This document shows positions 27,294 through 40,418 of a DNA stretch of 64,000 nt, one piece after another (position 1 is the stretch's first letter; the number at the start of each line of letters is the position of its first letter). This DNA is from Octopus vulgaris. Taxonomy: Eukaryota. The notes under the pieces are model-generated. The model saw only the letters and a list, made by a program, of their open reading frames with translations, made no database searches and was not told the DNA's origin. The DNA lies in assembly GCA_951406725.2 (NCBI GenBank), contig OX597817.1, forward strand, positions 79,050,001-79,114,000, in the 5' to 3' direction. The position numbers were made by a program, and so were the translations under genes.

Positions 27294-27643
27294 TTACGGA
27301 GATGTACTTGCATAGCAAGTGACCTGATCTGAGATCATGTGCTGGACTGAAAACAATTGCAGCATGTAAGGTGTTTATAAGCCATTTAAGAGACACACAA
27401 AAACCGTTAGATTCACTTCAACATTTAAATTTAATTTGTCAAAATATTTTTGTCGCTTTGAGATCGTGACCTGTTCACTGAGAAACTCCATGCTGCATCA
27501 AAACAGAGTTTTGTCAGTGAACAGGTCACGATCTCAAAGTGACGAAAATATTTTGGCAAATTAAATTTAAATATTGAAGAGAATCTAACAGTTTTTGTGT
27601 GTTTCTTAAATGGCTTATAAACACATTCCACGCTGCAATTGAT
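27294..27643. mobile_element. Short palindromic PLE pLTR-type insertion with G3-C8 hammerhead motifs
   Basis: ~135-bp inverted arms (27353-27488 / 27507-27641) and 10-bp TSD TAGGAGTTCT (27284-27293 and 27644-27653). Confidence 0.72.
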
Positions 27644-28109
27644 TAGGAGTTCTATTTGTTGTAATTGAGATGAACTCTGTCCTGAACTTTCTGAAAGGGC
27701 TGATTGTACAAGCTGAAACATCTTATAAGTGCTGGAGCTACAATAAGCATTGCCCCTATCTGAAAAGTAACTACTCTGTTTATTTCCTACTTCTCCATCT
27801 TCACAATAATAAATTTGCTTCTCAAACCATACTACACACTTCTGTCACTTAACCTTCACATTTCTTCTTTGTGTTGTGGTAGTGATTTTGTTCTTGCTTC
27901 AGACGAGGTGACCTCACCAGTGCTGGTGCCATAAAAACAAAAGCAGTGCTCAGTACATTCTGTAAAGGTGAAGCATTAAATAAGATCTCGTGCCTTAGAA
28001 GCTATAGTGAAATAGAATCATTGGAGCATGATGCAGTCATTTGCCATATCAGTCATGCCAGCATAAAAGGTGGACATAAAACGATGACAGCAATGACAAA
28101 AATGGGGGG

Positions 28110-28335
28110 GTGATGATGATGATGGCAGAAGGAGGAGGAGGGGAGGATGCAGAAAGGGGGAGGGGGAGGCAGAAGGGGAGTAGGAGGGGAGTAGGCAGAA
28201 GGGGAGTAGGAGGGGAGTAGGCAGAAGGGGAGGCTGACGAGGTGGAGGTAGGAGGAGGAGGAGTGATGGGGGAGGGAGGAGGAGAGATAGGGTGGAGGAG
28301 GAGTGATGGGAAGGAGGAAGTGGTGGTGATGGAGG
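28110..28335. repeat. Purine-rich GGA/GGGGAG low-complexity tract
   Basis: Direct reading, includes repeated GGCAGAAGGGGAGTAGGAGGGGAGTA. Confidence 0.85.
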
Positions 28336-28745
28336 TTGTTGCTTTTCATCGAAAATCACCCCAAGTTGATTTCCTACATGTTTTATCAGACAAACTTATT
28401 ATTGTCCCAGGTACGTTCTCATAAATTCATCATGCTTTTCCATCTAGATTTACATCCAGTTAACCCATTTGCATGCATCGTTTTTGTCTTGCTTTTTTCC
28501 GTCAACGTGTACATAACTGCACCTTCCATTTTTTGTTGTTTTTGTACTGCTTAAAGGCACGTTTCTTTCCTGCCAAGCTTACTGTTTAAACCATGTTTGT
28601 GTTCTCCCAGTCAACAGCCTTATCATTACTGGTACTTTAAACCCTTTGGTTGCATATTTACGTGAATAAAGTCGTTTTTCTTTGGAATAGAAAAAAAGTC
28701 TATCTTTATTTCTTCTTTTGCTGGTGTCTCAAATTTAGGTTAAAT

Positions 28746-28805
28746 CAGTGTTTCTCAAAGGGGAGGCCTATGTGACGGTCAAACAAGTTGTTTTGAGAAA
28801 ATTTG
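28746..28805. mobile_element. Minimal 60-bp hAT MITE
   Basis: CAGTGTTTCTCAAA...TTTGAGAAAATTTG, flanked by GGTTAAAT / GTTTAAAT (8 bp, 1 mismatch). Confidence 0.55.
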
Positions 28806-29085
28806 GTTTAAATGTTTGACAACTCAGCAACGTCCATTGGACGGGGGAGTTTTGCTCGTGTATATATATATATATATATACATATATATAGTGGTAAAAG
28901 CTTGCTTCCCAACCACATTGTTCTAGGTTCAGTCCCACCTTGGGCAAGTGCTTTCTGCAGTAGCCCTGGGTTGACCAATACCTTGTGGGTAGATTTGGTA
29001 GATAGCTACTAAAAGAAGCTTGACGTATATGTGTGTGTGTATGTATGTATATATATGTATATATATGTATATATATATACACACA

Positions 29086-29572
29086 CATATATAAGAGTGT
29101 ATAAAGATTTATACATGAAGAGAAGACCTGTGACAAATTTCTTACATGCTAAAAGGGCAGTTAAACCCAAACCACGAAAAAAAGAATTCCTAAGGAACGC
29201 TGCTAATAATCACTAGCATGAATAAAAAATTAGTTAACCCTATACTCGGGTTTCGCTGTTAAAATAAACTAATTTGGTATTTGTAGCTCGTCGTTAGGAT
29301 CAGTGTTTTTGGTACATATAACAACTACATAATTATGCATTTCTTCACGATCTTATTGAGGAGCTACAGATACCAAATTAATTTATATGGTCATTAATAC
29401 CAGAACTCAAGTACAGGGTTAACTAATGTTTTATTCACTTTAGTACTTATTAGCAGCGTGACTTAAGAATTCCTTTTTTCGTGGTTTGGGTTTAACTGCC
29501 CCTTTTTAACACGTAAGAAGTCCTGTCAAGGGTCCTCTTTCCAGGTATAAATCTTTATACACTCTTATATAT
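29086..29572. repeat. Long imperfect palindrome (~215-bp arms), PLE pLTR-like
   Basis: ATATAAGAGTGTATAAAGATTTATAC... versus ...GTATAAATCTTTATACACTCTTATAT, inserted in (TA)-rich sequence, hammerhead-like motif in the arms. Confidence 0.75.
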
Positions 29573-30715
29573 AAAAATAGTCTGTCTTATAATTTTCATT
29601 TATTTGAATTTTTTACCATTATACTTATATATTCATATATATATACAAACACACACATACACATTTGCCTATGAATTTATGTTTGTATAAGTGTATACAT
29701 GCATATACGTATATATATGCATATACACATAGATATATGAATATGCAAATATAAATGTATGCATATATATGTGTGTGTGTGCGTATTTCACTGTACTCTC
29801 CCTCTTTGGTTTTTCTAAATAATACAAATCCTGCTGATGCAGGTTAACATCAACCTTCTTGAATTCTGTTTTTCCATGCAAATTACCATTTTTGTCTTTC
29901 TGTTCTGTAAGATAAACATTTAGATTTTTGTGCATGTGTATGTGCGCTTGTGTGTGTGTGTGTGTATGCAAAGCATGTGCTGTTGTACTGTTTTAGATGC
30001 GAGAGCAATAGCTTACCCTAAATTTTATCCCAACCTTTTTAACATCAGCAACTTGATAGAAGACAAGTATTTCCAGCACAGTGAATGGAATGCAAGGCCT
30101 TCATAATGCACTCTTACATATTTTAAGAATGTCTGGTCACCTTGGTGGGTTATCAGAGATTGTAAGGCCAAGCATCTGCTGAGACTGTGATGGGGTCAGC
30201 TGTGCATACTTCACCATGACTGTTTATGCTTTGATGCAAGATCATTTTCATTAGAAGTGTAGTTGACAACCCTCAAATGAGTGTGTATGTACATTTATAA
30301 AACGTTTGTGTGTGCTAGTGGTATGTTTGTGTATACAATTATGTATGTGTGCAAATATGAATGTTATGATACACATGTATTATTCTCACATCTGCATATA
30401 TATATGTGTGTGTATAACCATATGTAAATGTTGGTGCGTGCGTGCATGCATTTATATGAGAATATATGCACACACACATAGATACACACACAGGGACATA
30501 TATACAGATACAGACACAATTACACACATATACACAGACGCACACATATATATTCCTTTCTTAGCAATGGTAAAACTTGATATATATTTATCCAAAGGGT
30601 TTTTACCGTAATATTTACATGCTATTATTAATAGCTTTATTTGCTTCAAGATTCACCATTCCAGAAACAGAATTATTTCATGTTCTCAAAATTTTAAAAT
30701 TCTTACGAAATCAAC

Positions 30716-31403
30716 TACGAGGTGGTATCAAAGAATTCTCAGACTAGTTCTGTTGCATACCAACAGATGGCAGCATACAGTTACGTTCACAGTGAGAGCC
30801 AGTAATGACCTTCCTGAGGCAGTGTGCTGAGTTACATCATTGTGTTTACTTCACAAGTTGTGAAATTTATGTTTTTGTGGTCACGTGTTTGCAGTAGTGT
30901 CCAATCTTGTCATGGACAAGAAGTTGGAACAAAGATCCAACATGAAATTTTTCGTCAAGTTTGGGAAGTCTGCTACTGAGAGATTGAACATGCTTCGGCA
31001 AGCTTACAGCGACGAGGCAATGGAACATACGTAATGTTTTGGTGGCATGGGTGCTTCAAAGGCAGAAGAAAGTCCTTGGAAGACGATGAGTAATATGGCA
31101 GACCAGCCACGAGTGTCATCCACGGAAAGGGGAAGAAAATTCATCAGCTTGTACATAAGGATCATCGGAGGACAATCAACCATATTGCTGATATTGTTGG
31201 TCTGTTGTATGGGCCAGAAATCCTGACATTGGAATTGAACACGGGGTGTGTTTCTGCCAAGTTTTCTCCCTGCTTGCTGACAACTGAGCAGAAAGAACAT
31301 CACATCAAAATCTGTCACGATCACCTATAGTGTACTGCTTATCACCCATCCTTCATGTCAAGGATCATCCCCAGTGACGAGAGTTAGGTCTAGGGGAATG
31401 ACC
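30716..31403 (+). pseudogene. Mariner transposon 5' relic
   Basis: TA|CGAGGTGGTATCAAAGAATTC TIR-like end. From ATG 30912: MDKKLEQRSNMKFFVKFGKSATE..SLEDDE..GRP..VSAKF.PCLLT.EQKEH..SRII.SDES, with stops and frameshifts, truncated after the first catalytic D. Confidence 0.85.
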
Positions 31404-31414
31404 TATACACACAC

Positions 31415-31460
<46 letters not shown>

Positions 31461-31461
31461 A

Positions 31462-31625
31462 ATTTATAAAATTTAGAGGATTGACCACTAAAAGTGGACA
31501 GCCTGTATGCTAGATATATACGTCAAAATCACCATTTGATATAAACGTCAAAATGGCGATTTTGACGTCTATATCTAGCATACAGGCTGTCCACTTTTAG
31601 TGGTCAACCCTCTAAATTTTGTATG
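31462..31625. repeat. Palindrome (~72-bp arms) inside (TA)n
   Basis: AAAATTTAGAGG.TTGACCACTAAAAGTGGACAGCCTGTATGCTAGATAT.. and its reverse complement at 31552-31620. Confidence 0.85.
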
Positions 31626-31709
31626 TAAAATAATTTTTAATCTTCGGACTTTTTAAATATGCTAGGGCACTGGTTTTAATTGATTAATATCAATTTCTAC
31701 ACTTATTTG

Positions 31710-31749
<40 letters not shown>

Positions 31750-31753
<4 letters not shown>

Positions 31754-31865
31754 TAGATAGATAGATAGATAGATAGATATACAGACAGACAGACAGATAG
31801 ACAGATAGATAGATAGATAGATAGATAGTTAGATAGATAGATAGATAGATAGATAGATACAGATA
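31750..31865. repeat. (GATA)n/(GACA)n microsatellite
   Basis: Direct reading. Confidence 0.95.
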
Positions 31866-31874
31866 CCTACATAC

Positions 31875-32405
31875 ATGATTGCTGCCCCCTCGTTATCGAG
31901 TATGGCCATTGCACGAAGCTTAACTGTTATTGGTGCTGTGATCGAATGTGACTTTTTAGCCCAGCTAAAGATCTACAATGTTTTGTACAGATTTGGCAAC
32001 TAAAATCTTTAACGGTAATAGCCGGCTGTACTTGCAACTGGGCTTCATGTACCTTTGCATGTCGTCTAAGTCCTCCTGCCAAATTACACTCTCTTCCACA
32101 TTCCCGACAGATATGATTAGTATGGTGTGTTACACCACCACCAGTGGCCAGGTTGTCACTCATCTGTCTCACTTTATGACTATGAAGATGACTCTTGAGT
32201 CCAGCTTTACTGAGGCAGGGTCTTGCACAGACACTACATGTCAGCATCATAGGAAGACCCTTCCCATCAGGAAGTGTAACAGCAATGCCCTTCCTGACAT
32301 CCCTCCTTACTTTCTCATGTGCAACTCGAGATTTCTCAAAAGTAGCTGTCCCCTCATGCACAATCCTTTTCCACCTGCTACGATCAATAGCTATGCCTTC
32401 CCATG
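31875..32405 (-). mobile_element. RTE-clade LINE 3' end with three C2H2 zinc fingers
   Basis: WEGIAIDRSRWKRIVHEG..FE (RTE C-terminal motif), then CSVC..GLKSHLHSH, CREC..GLRRHAKVH and CQIC..GLKSHIRSQH, short 3' UTR, 5' truncated at a microsatellite. Confidence 0.8.
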
Positions 32406-32656
32406 TGTGTGTATGTATATTTAGAATATATATATATATTTATATACACACTCACATATATGCTCATATATATATGTGTGTATGTATACATACATATATG
32501 AAAAGTTCCATTTAGCTCTGCTCTACCAAATCTATGCAGAAGTTTTTAGTCCCTTTCGAACTGTAGTTATAGGGGGCAGATGTCCAAGGTGATGAGCAGT
32601 GGGACTGAACTTGAAACAATGTGGTTGGAAAGCAAACACCATAATCAAACACATAT

Positions 32657-32709
<53 letters not shown>

Positions 32710-33129
32710 CACACACACATGCACAATCACACATACACAAATACATATGTACTTATATATGTGAGTGTATGTACATAGGTTCGTATATGTGGAAGTGTGA
32801 CCCTTTTTCTTTGTTAATTCTTTTGAAGCTAAATCCGTTTATAGCAACGAAACATTAAGATCAGACCTGATTGCTAATCTAAATACTTAAAGAAGAAAAT
32901 ACTGCACATTAAAGCAAAAAACAAAAGCATGTAAAAATTTACACATACTCACACACAAACACATATACACAGACACACATGCACACATACACACATACAT
33001 ACACCAGCACAGTCACATATAGCTATATAGGCACATACTTAACACACATACAGACATGTAATCAGAACTGGCATCCATACTTTATACAAAAAAAATTCTG
33101 TAACTGCATTTTTAATTTATGTTTTTTTT

Positions 33130-33224
33130 ATATGGTATATACAAGAAGAAATATGATATGCATTTATATATATATGTGTAGATATGTGCATACAAATATG
33201 TATGCATGTGTGTTTACATACATA

Positions 33225-33279
<55 letters not shown>

Positions 33280-33560
33280 TATACATGTATATATATATAT
33301 ATAATATATATATATACATATATATACATGTATATATATATATATATATATACATATATATGTGTGAATATATATATATACACATTGATGAATGGATAGA
33401 TAAATATAGATACAGATATAGATATAGTTATAAATATATATATACCCAAATGTGCACAGATATATATATATTATTATATAAACATATAAAAACATAGATA
33501 TATGTTTATGGTTTTCTGTAACAGTATTTGCCTATATATATATATATATATACAAATTAC

Positions 33561-33621
<61 letters not shown>

Positions 33622-33683
33622 CATATATGCATAGACATCTGTGCATGTGTGTATGTGGGTTTGTGTACAAATACTAATGGCTG

Positions 33684-33726
<43 letters not shown>

Positions 33727-33894
33727 CATTCACATATACTCGTGCATTTTTATGCATGTATAGATATGCAGACAAGATTGTAAAATACGAGAAATATTTA
33801 AGTTTCTATTCAAGAAAACAAATATGTATAGGCATATATATATATTTCAAAGAAGATGTTTGCATATGTAAGTATGTATGTGTGTATGTATTTG

Positions 33895-33930
<36 letters not shown>

Positions 33931-34507
33931 CGTATATATGTAAATATAAATATATATATAAATACATATGTATAATGATATGCATATATCTATGCATATA
34001 TATGCATATATATATATTTATACTCATGCACACAAACTCACATATATGTACACCAACAATACATATGCATAATCAGATAGACTAATATATGTAGAGCTGG
34101 TGTGCATTAGTATCTTAGTATATACATAGATATCTACAGGTATAGTCACGTATATACTAGATAGTCACGTATATGTATATAGACAAAAAGGTATATATAT
34201 ATATAAATAAAAATATATAAATATATGTACACATACATACTCTCATACACTCACATATATACATACATATGCACAAATATATCTGCTCATAGTCATGTAT
34301 ATAGATATACAGATATATATAATTTTACACATTATATATTGATATATATATATATATATATATATACAAACATACGCACGCATGCCCGCACACACACACA
34401 CACACGCACATATATACATATGTATATTGATATATATATGTTAATGCTTTATTCCATATGTACATATATATATATATGTGTGTGTGTATATATATATATA
34501 GTTTATG

Positions 34508-34558
<51 letters not shown>

Positions 34559-34690
34559 ATATTTATATATTAATACACACACACACACATATATATAGAG
34601 AGATAGATAGATAGATAGATAGATACATGCATGCATACATACATACATACATACATACATACATACATACATACATGCATGCATAGGTAT
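33130..34690. repeat. Extended (TA)n/(CA)n/(TACA)n microsatellite field
   Basis: Direct reading. Confidence 0.9.
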
Positions 34691-35215
34691 AAACCGAAAG
34701 ACTCAAATCATTTGTGTATAAATGTTTATGAGAATACATGTATAGTTGTGCATGCTTTCACAATTATTCCCATAAACACAAATGCAGGCTCACACACAGA
34801 CTGCAACACACACACACACACACACTTACACACACACACATATATGTAGATATTAATGCCAGATTATACGGTGATATGCCTATGTCATGAATCTGTATAT
34901 TATATGTGCATACGAAGTAGAGAATTGAGTATGTTAGAACAGTAAATCCCCTTTGAAACTACACAGAACATTTGAAAAGTTATTTAAAGTTAATCTTATC
35001 AAGATATTTCAACTCTTGGAGAATTTGGCAATGGGAATGGTCGGGGTGAAAAGAAGATTTTCCCCTTTCCTCGAAGGGAGTATGTTTAAGTCAAACGCTG
35101 CGAAAACGAAACTAATGTGAATGTAGATGAAAAAAATTTGTAAAATGCATATGAAAATATATAAGTATATATATAGATATAGATATAGATATAGATATAT
35201 AGATATATAGATATA

Positions 35216-35254
<39 letters not shown>

Positions 35255-35609
35255 GTGTGTGCATATATATATTATATACATACAGATATTAACAGACATA
35301 AACATATTAATACATATACAGGCATGTATATATTTATATTTATATGTGTGTGTGTATACATATATATATATGTACAAATTCATTTTTATGCATACATATG
35401 TATGTATGTAGAAAGACAAACATACTTGAGCATATTTACATATATAGATATGTGTTAATTTATGCATATGTATATGCAGTGTAACGTAGTTGAAAATACA
35501 GTAAGTTTCAAAGAAATGCCACACCAAAACTCAATACTGATGATGATAACCATAATAATAATGATAATTATTTTGATTTTAATAAATCTAGTAACATCAA
35601 CTTTTAATA

Positions 35610-35656
35610 TCATCACCATCGTCATCATCGTCGTCGTCGTCATCATCATCATCATC

Positions 35657-35692
<36 letters not shown>

Positions 35693-35700
35693 GTTATTAT
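35610..35700. repeat. (CAT)n microsatellite
   Basis: Direct reading. Confidence 0.95.
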
Positions 35701-35911
35701 TAAGGCAGTGAGCTGGTAGAGTCATCAGCATGTCAGAAAAAAAAAATGCTTAGCTTTACTTCATCTGTTTTCTGAGTTCAAATGCCACCATGGTCGAATA
35801 AGTCTTTCATTTTTGGTGGTGGTGGTGGTGGTGGGGTTGATGAAATAAGACCCATTTGGGCATTGCAATCAATGTAATTGGCTCTCCCCCTCTACAAATT
35901 TCAGGCCCCTG

Positions 35912-36680
35912 TTATTTACTTTTAATCTCCATGCTTGTTGCAATCCCTTGTTGAGACACACCCAACCCTCTAGAGCAAGTGAAGGTTAAAAAATGTTACA
36001 GTATAACAACGCTGGGGAAGGGGAAGTGGCAAGCCCAGTAGTGAAATACATCCATATAATACAACACAAACATTTAAATTGATTGGGTTTTTCTAAGGAT
36101 GTTGGCAGTACTTTTCAACACAATCTTTTAGATTTCTTCGAGACATGGTTCTCTTGGGAAGTTGTCTAAATATTTCTGACATCCTTTTTTTTTTATATCA
36201 TACCTAAGTCCCCGGCAATAACAAGAAAAGATTTTCCTTTATGATGCCACATCTTTAGTATTTCAGTTTCCAGATCCTTATATTTACTTAATTTGTCAAA
36301 TTCCTGTGCAGATATATTTTTATCAGTGGGAACATTTACACCTATTAGTCTACAAGTATTTTCTTTCCTTCTTTAATAATTATGTCTGGTCAATTATCTT
36401 AAATAGTTCCGTCAGTGTTGAATGGAAAATCCCAGGGGTTGGTAACATTTTTACCTTTAACAAGTGGCTCAGGATGATGTTCATACAAATTAGTAGGAGT
36501 GCTGATTTTGTAGTGTTTACATATTTTCCAGCGTAAATACTGTTCTACCCTACTGTGGTGACTTTTGTATTCACTTGGTGTCAGCACAGAATATCCTGAA
36601 ATGAGATGGTCTATTATTTCATCAAATGTGTCACAAAATCTGCATTTACGATTAGTACGTTTTTGAGGTGCTTTAACCTA
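35912..36680 (-). pseudogene. 3' end of REL-endonuclease non-LTR retrotransposon (R4/Dong/NeSL-like)
   Basis: Minus frame KCRFCDTFDEIIDHLISG, YKSHHSRV..LRWKIC, PDIIIKE..CRLI.V.VP, KLSKYKDL and EI.KIVLKSTANILRK: CCHC-derived knuckle plus PD-(D/E)xK endonuclease, with stops. Confidence 0.8.
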
Positions 36681-36695
36681 TTATTATTATTAATT

Positions 36696-36921
36696 TTTTT
36701 ATTGCCTACAAGGGGCTAAACATAGAGGGGACAAACAAAGACAGACAAAGGGATTAAGTCTATTACATTGATCCCAGTGCATAACTGGTACTTATTTAAT
36801 CAACTCCGAAAGGATGAATGGCAAAGTCGATCTTGGTGGGATTTGAACTCAGAACGTAGTAGCAGTCAAAATACTGCTAAGCATTTCGCCCGACGCGCAA
36901 ATGATTCTGCCAGCTTGCTGC
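36696..36921 (-). mobile_element. SINE family B
   Basis: Full-length homolog including TTTGTCCCCTCT..TTTAGCCCC tail. Confidence 0.85.
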
Positions 36922-36922
36922 C

Positions 36923-36956
<34 letters not shown>

Positions 36957-37019
36957 CATTATTATTATTATTATTATTGTTATTATTATCATCATCATCA
37001 TCATCATCATCAAAGCATT

Positions 37020-39415
37020 AACATGACAAAATTGTTATAATGTGTAAAGAAATGTTTTGTAGTATTTATTCCAGGTCTTGACATTCTGAATTCAAACCCT
37101 GCTGAAGTTGGCTTACTTTCTATAATTTCAGGGTCACTAAAATAATATACCCTTGAGTACTAGTGTTGATATAATCAACTAACCCTTCCACACACAATTG
37201 TTGGCCTTGTGCTCAAATTAAACGCACTGTAGGCAGACAGTTTGTGGAATCTTCAGTGTCAGTCAAAATGTTCAGAATAGTTCTAATTCAATTTTTCATG
37301 CTTGGTTCAAATCCCACTGAAGTCAAGCTTGACTTCCACATTTTCAGATTAATCATCATTACCATTTAAAGTCTGCCATCCACAGAAAATAAGCTTAGCA
37401 GTATTTGTTTTTGGTCTTTATGTTCTCGAGTTCAAATACTGCCAAGGTCAACTTCTCCTTGGTTTCATCATCTCTGGGTTGATAAAAGAAAGCACCTGTC
37501 AATGACTGAATGTTGAGTTAATTGACTAACTCCTATACCAAATACCCATATAATAAACAATTATTATTGCTATTATTATTAATTTTTTTATTTATTACTT
37601 AGGTTGATAGATTGGCATAATTATCAAAATGCCAACCAAAATTCCTTGCAGTATTTCTTCTGGCTACTGTACTGAGTTCAAATCATACTAGGGTAAGCTT
37701 TGTCTTTCACCATTCCTGGTGGATAAAAATGAAGTACCTGTTAACTATGAAGTCAATATTATCAACAGCTCCAATTTCTTGGCACTTTGCTATTGCTAGA
37801 AATGGTTTATCATTATTCTGGTAGAATCATGAAAGTGATGCATAAAATGTTTTGCAGTGTTTCTAACAGTTCTCTAACATTCTGATTCAAATATTACGAT
37901 CATTATCTTTGCCTGTTCATCTTTCTTCATTCAATGAAATGAAATATTTATCAACTGTTAGGGTTAAAGATAACAACCACTGCCGCCACTAGCACCACCA
38001 CTACCACCACCATTATTTAAAATCCATTTTCCATGCTGGCATGGGTTGGACAGTTTGATAGGAGCTGGCAAGCAAGGAGACTGCACCAAGCTTCACTGTC
38101 TGTTGTGGCATGGTTTTTACTGTTGGATACTATTCTTAATGCCACAGTGTGGACTGGGTCCTCAAAATTCCTAACCTTGTGCCTAAATTAAAAACAGTTA
38201 TTATTTATAATGCAAGCTGGTAGATTCCTTACGACACTGGACAAAGTTCTTATCAGCATTTCTTCTGTCTTGCTCTTCTGAATTCAAATGCCACCAAGGT
38301 CAACTTTACCTGTCATTCTTTTGGGTGGTTAATGTAATCAACTAATCCCTTTCCCTAAAATTGTTGGTGTTTCAGTTCTTCACATTGTGAGCAGGATTCC
38401 AGCTAAGGTCAACTTTGCTTTTATCCTTTTGGAGTTGATAAAATAAAGAACAAGACCCATACTGGAGTTGATGAAAGGGACTAATCATTTCCCTCACTGA
38501 ATTTGTTCCTAAATCAAAAACCAACAGTGAGCCTGGTGGTTTGATAGAATCACTTAAGCTCAAATCTTGCTGAGATTTTTCGAAGTACCAGTCATGCACT
38601 AGGATTGATGTAATTGACTGAAACTTCACCCCTAGTGGTTGGTCTTATACCAAAAATTTTAAATTATTATTATTGCATCTTGTATTAAAGGCAGTATGGA
38701 GACATGTGGCTTTGTGGTTAGGTAGTTGCACTCATGATCATAAGATTGTGGTTCAATTCCTTGGCCACGTGATGCATTGTGTTCTTGAGAAAAACACCTC
38801 ATTTCACATGACTCCAGTCCACTCACCTGGTAAAAGACCGGTGCCTGCCCAAGCCGAGGGTGGAATTTATATAAGCCACAGAATCCAAGAAACTGGCTTA
38901 ATGAGTATATGGCTTGAGAATGATTCTTGATCCTTTGATTAAGGCAATGAGCTTGTCGAATCTTTTGTGAGTTGTACAAAATGCTTAGCAGTATGTCTTC
39001 CAGCTCTTTGCATTTTGAGTTCAAATCCTGCCAAGGTAGAATCTGACTTACTTCATCCATTGAGTGTCAATGAAGAAAAGTATCAGTCGAGTGCAGTTGG
39101 GGAGGTTGATTAATCAATGAGCTTCCTCCTTTAAAATTCCTGGTCTTGTGCTAAGATCTGAAACAAAGTTTTATTACTAATGTTAGATACTAATTTTTAC
39201 TACTAATATTAGTAAACATGGTGAGCTGGAAGAATCGTTACCATACTGGAAAAAATACCTAACAGCATTTCTTCTAGCTTTATATCCTGTGTTCAAATAC
39301 CACCAAGATAGACTTTGCTTTCATCCTTTTGGAGTCATTAAAATAATTACCAGTTGAATGCTGGAGTCAATGTAATCAACTTACCAGCTCTCCTTGGCCC
39401 AAAATATGAAACCAA
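37020..39415 (+). repeat. Cluster of ~10 degenerate SINE family B copies in the same orientation
   Basis: Recurrent GAGTTCAAAT/GAATTCAAA..AGGTCAACTT..CAT..GATAAA motif at ~37085, 37305, 37430, 37675, 37885, 38280, 38400, 39018 and 39290. Confidence 0.65.
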
Positions 39416-39427
39416 CATTAGACGTGG

Positions 39428-39443
39428 CAGCAGCAGTAGCGAC

Positions 39444-39518
<75 letters not shown>

Positions 39519-39572
39519 AGTACTGGTAGTAGTAGGTGTAGTAGTAGTAGTAATAGTAGTAGTAGTAGTAGT
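39428..39572. repeat. (AGT)n microsatellite
   Basis: Direct reading. Confidence 0.95.
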
Positions 39573-40011
39573 GTTCCTTAACATTGACAGGTAATAATAA
39601 TATAGTTGCATTGTTTTTCTTTTAAAGCTTATATTATTTTCATTAAAAGCTTGTTAGTGACCCTAATGTTTGTTGTTGTTGTTGTTGTTCTTGATCTTGT
39701 TCTTGTTCTTGTTGCAGATGCAATTCTCTTCGCTTTGGGTTCTGTTACCTTTAAAGAGTTTGAAACTCTGGGGACTGCTAATGGTAAGTCTTCAGAGAGC
39801 ATTGACCTAGAATCAGCCATACACACACACACACAGATAATAATTTATCAATAAGCTGTATACATGCATGTGTGCATGTGCGTATGCACATGTGTGTGTG
39901 TTTGTGTGATATACCTATGCATATTATTAGACATATGTGTATATGCATGTAGGTAGGGATAAATACATACACACTCATATATGTAAGCAACTTTAAATAC
40001 ACACACATATA

Positions 40012-40418
40012 TAGGAGTGGCTGTGTGGTAAGAAATTTGCTTCCCAACCACATGGTTCTGAGTTCAGTCCTACTGCATGGCACCTTGGGCAAGTGTCTTC
40101 TACTATAACCTTTGGTCGACAAAACTTATTTGAGTTGATTTGGTAGATGGAAACAGAAAGAAGCTTGTCATATATATGTATATATATATATATATATGTA
40201 TTTGTTGTTTGTGTCTCTGTTTGTACCCCCATCATCACTTGATAACCAATGTTGGTGTGTTTGTGTCCTTGTCACTTAGGGGTTCAGCAAAACAAGTGAC
40301 CGATAGAATAAGTACTAGCCTTACAAAGAATAAGTCCTGAGGTCGATTTCTTCAACTAAAGGCGGTGCTCCAGCATGGGTGCAGTCAAATAACCGAGACA
40401 TGTAAAAGAATAAAAGAA
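40012..40418 (+). mobile_element. SINE family A
   Basis: Full-length homolog. Confidence 0.88.

Noticed and set aside
33117-34684. Numerous YI/IY/VC/HT-repeat ORFs here and elsewhere
   Set aside because: Translations of dinucleotide microsatellites.
37020-39415. CRISPR-like repeat-spacer array
   Set aside because: Units are long, divergent SINE copies in a eukaryotic context with no cas genes.
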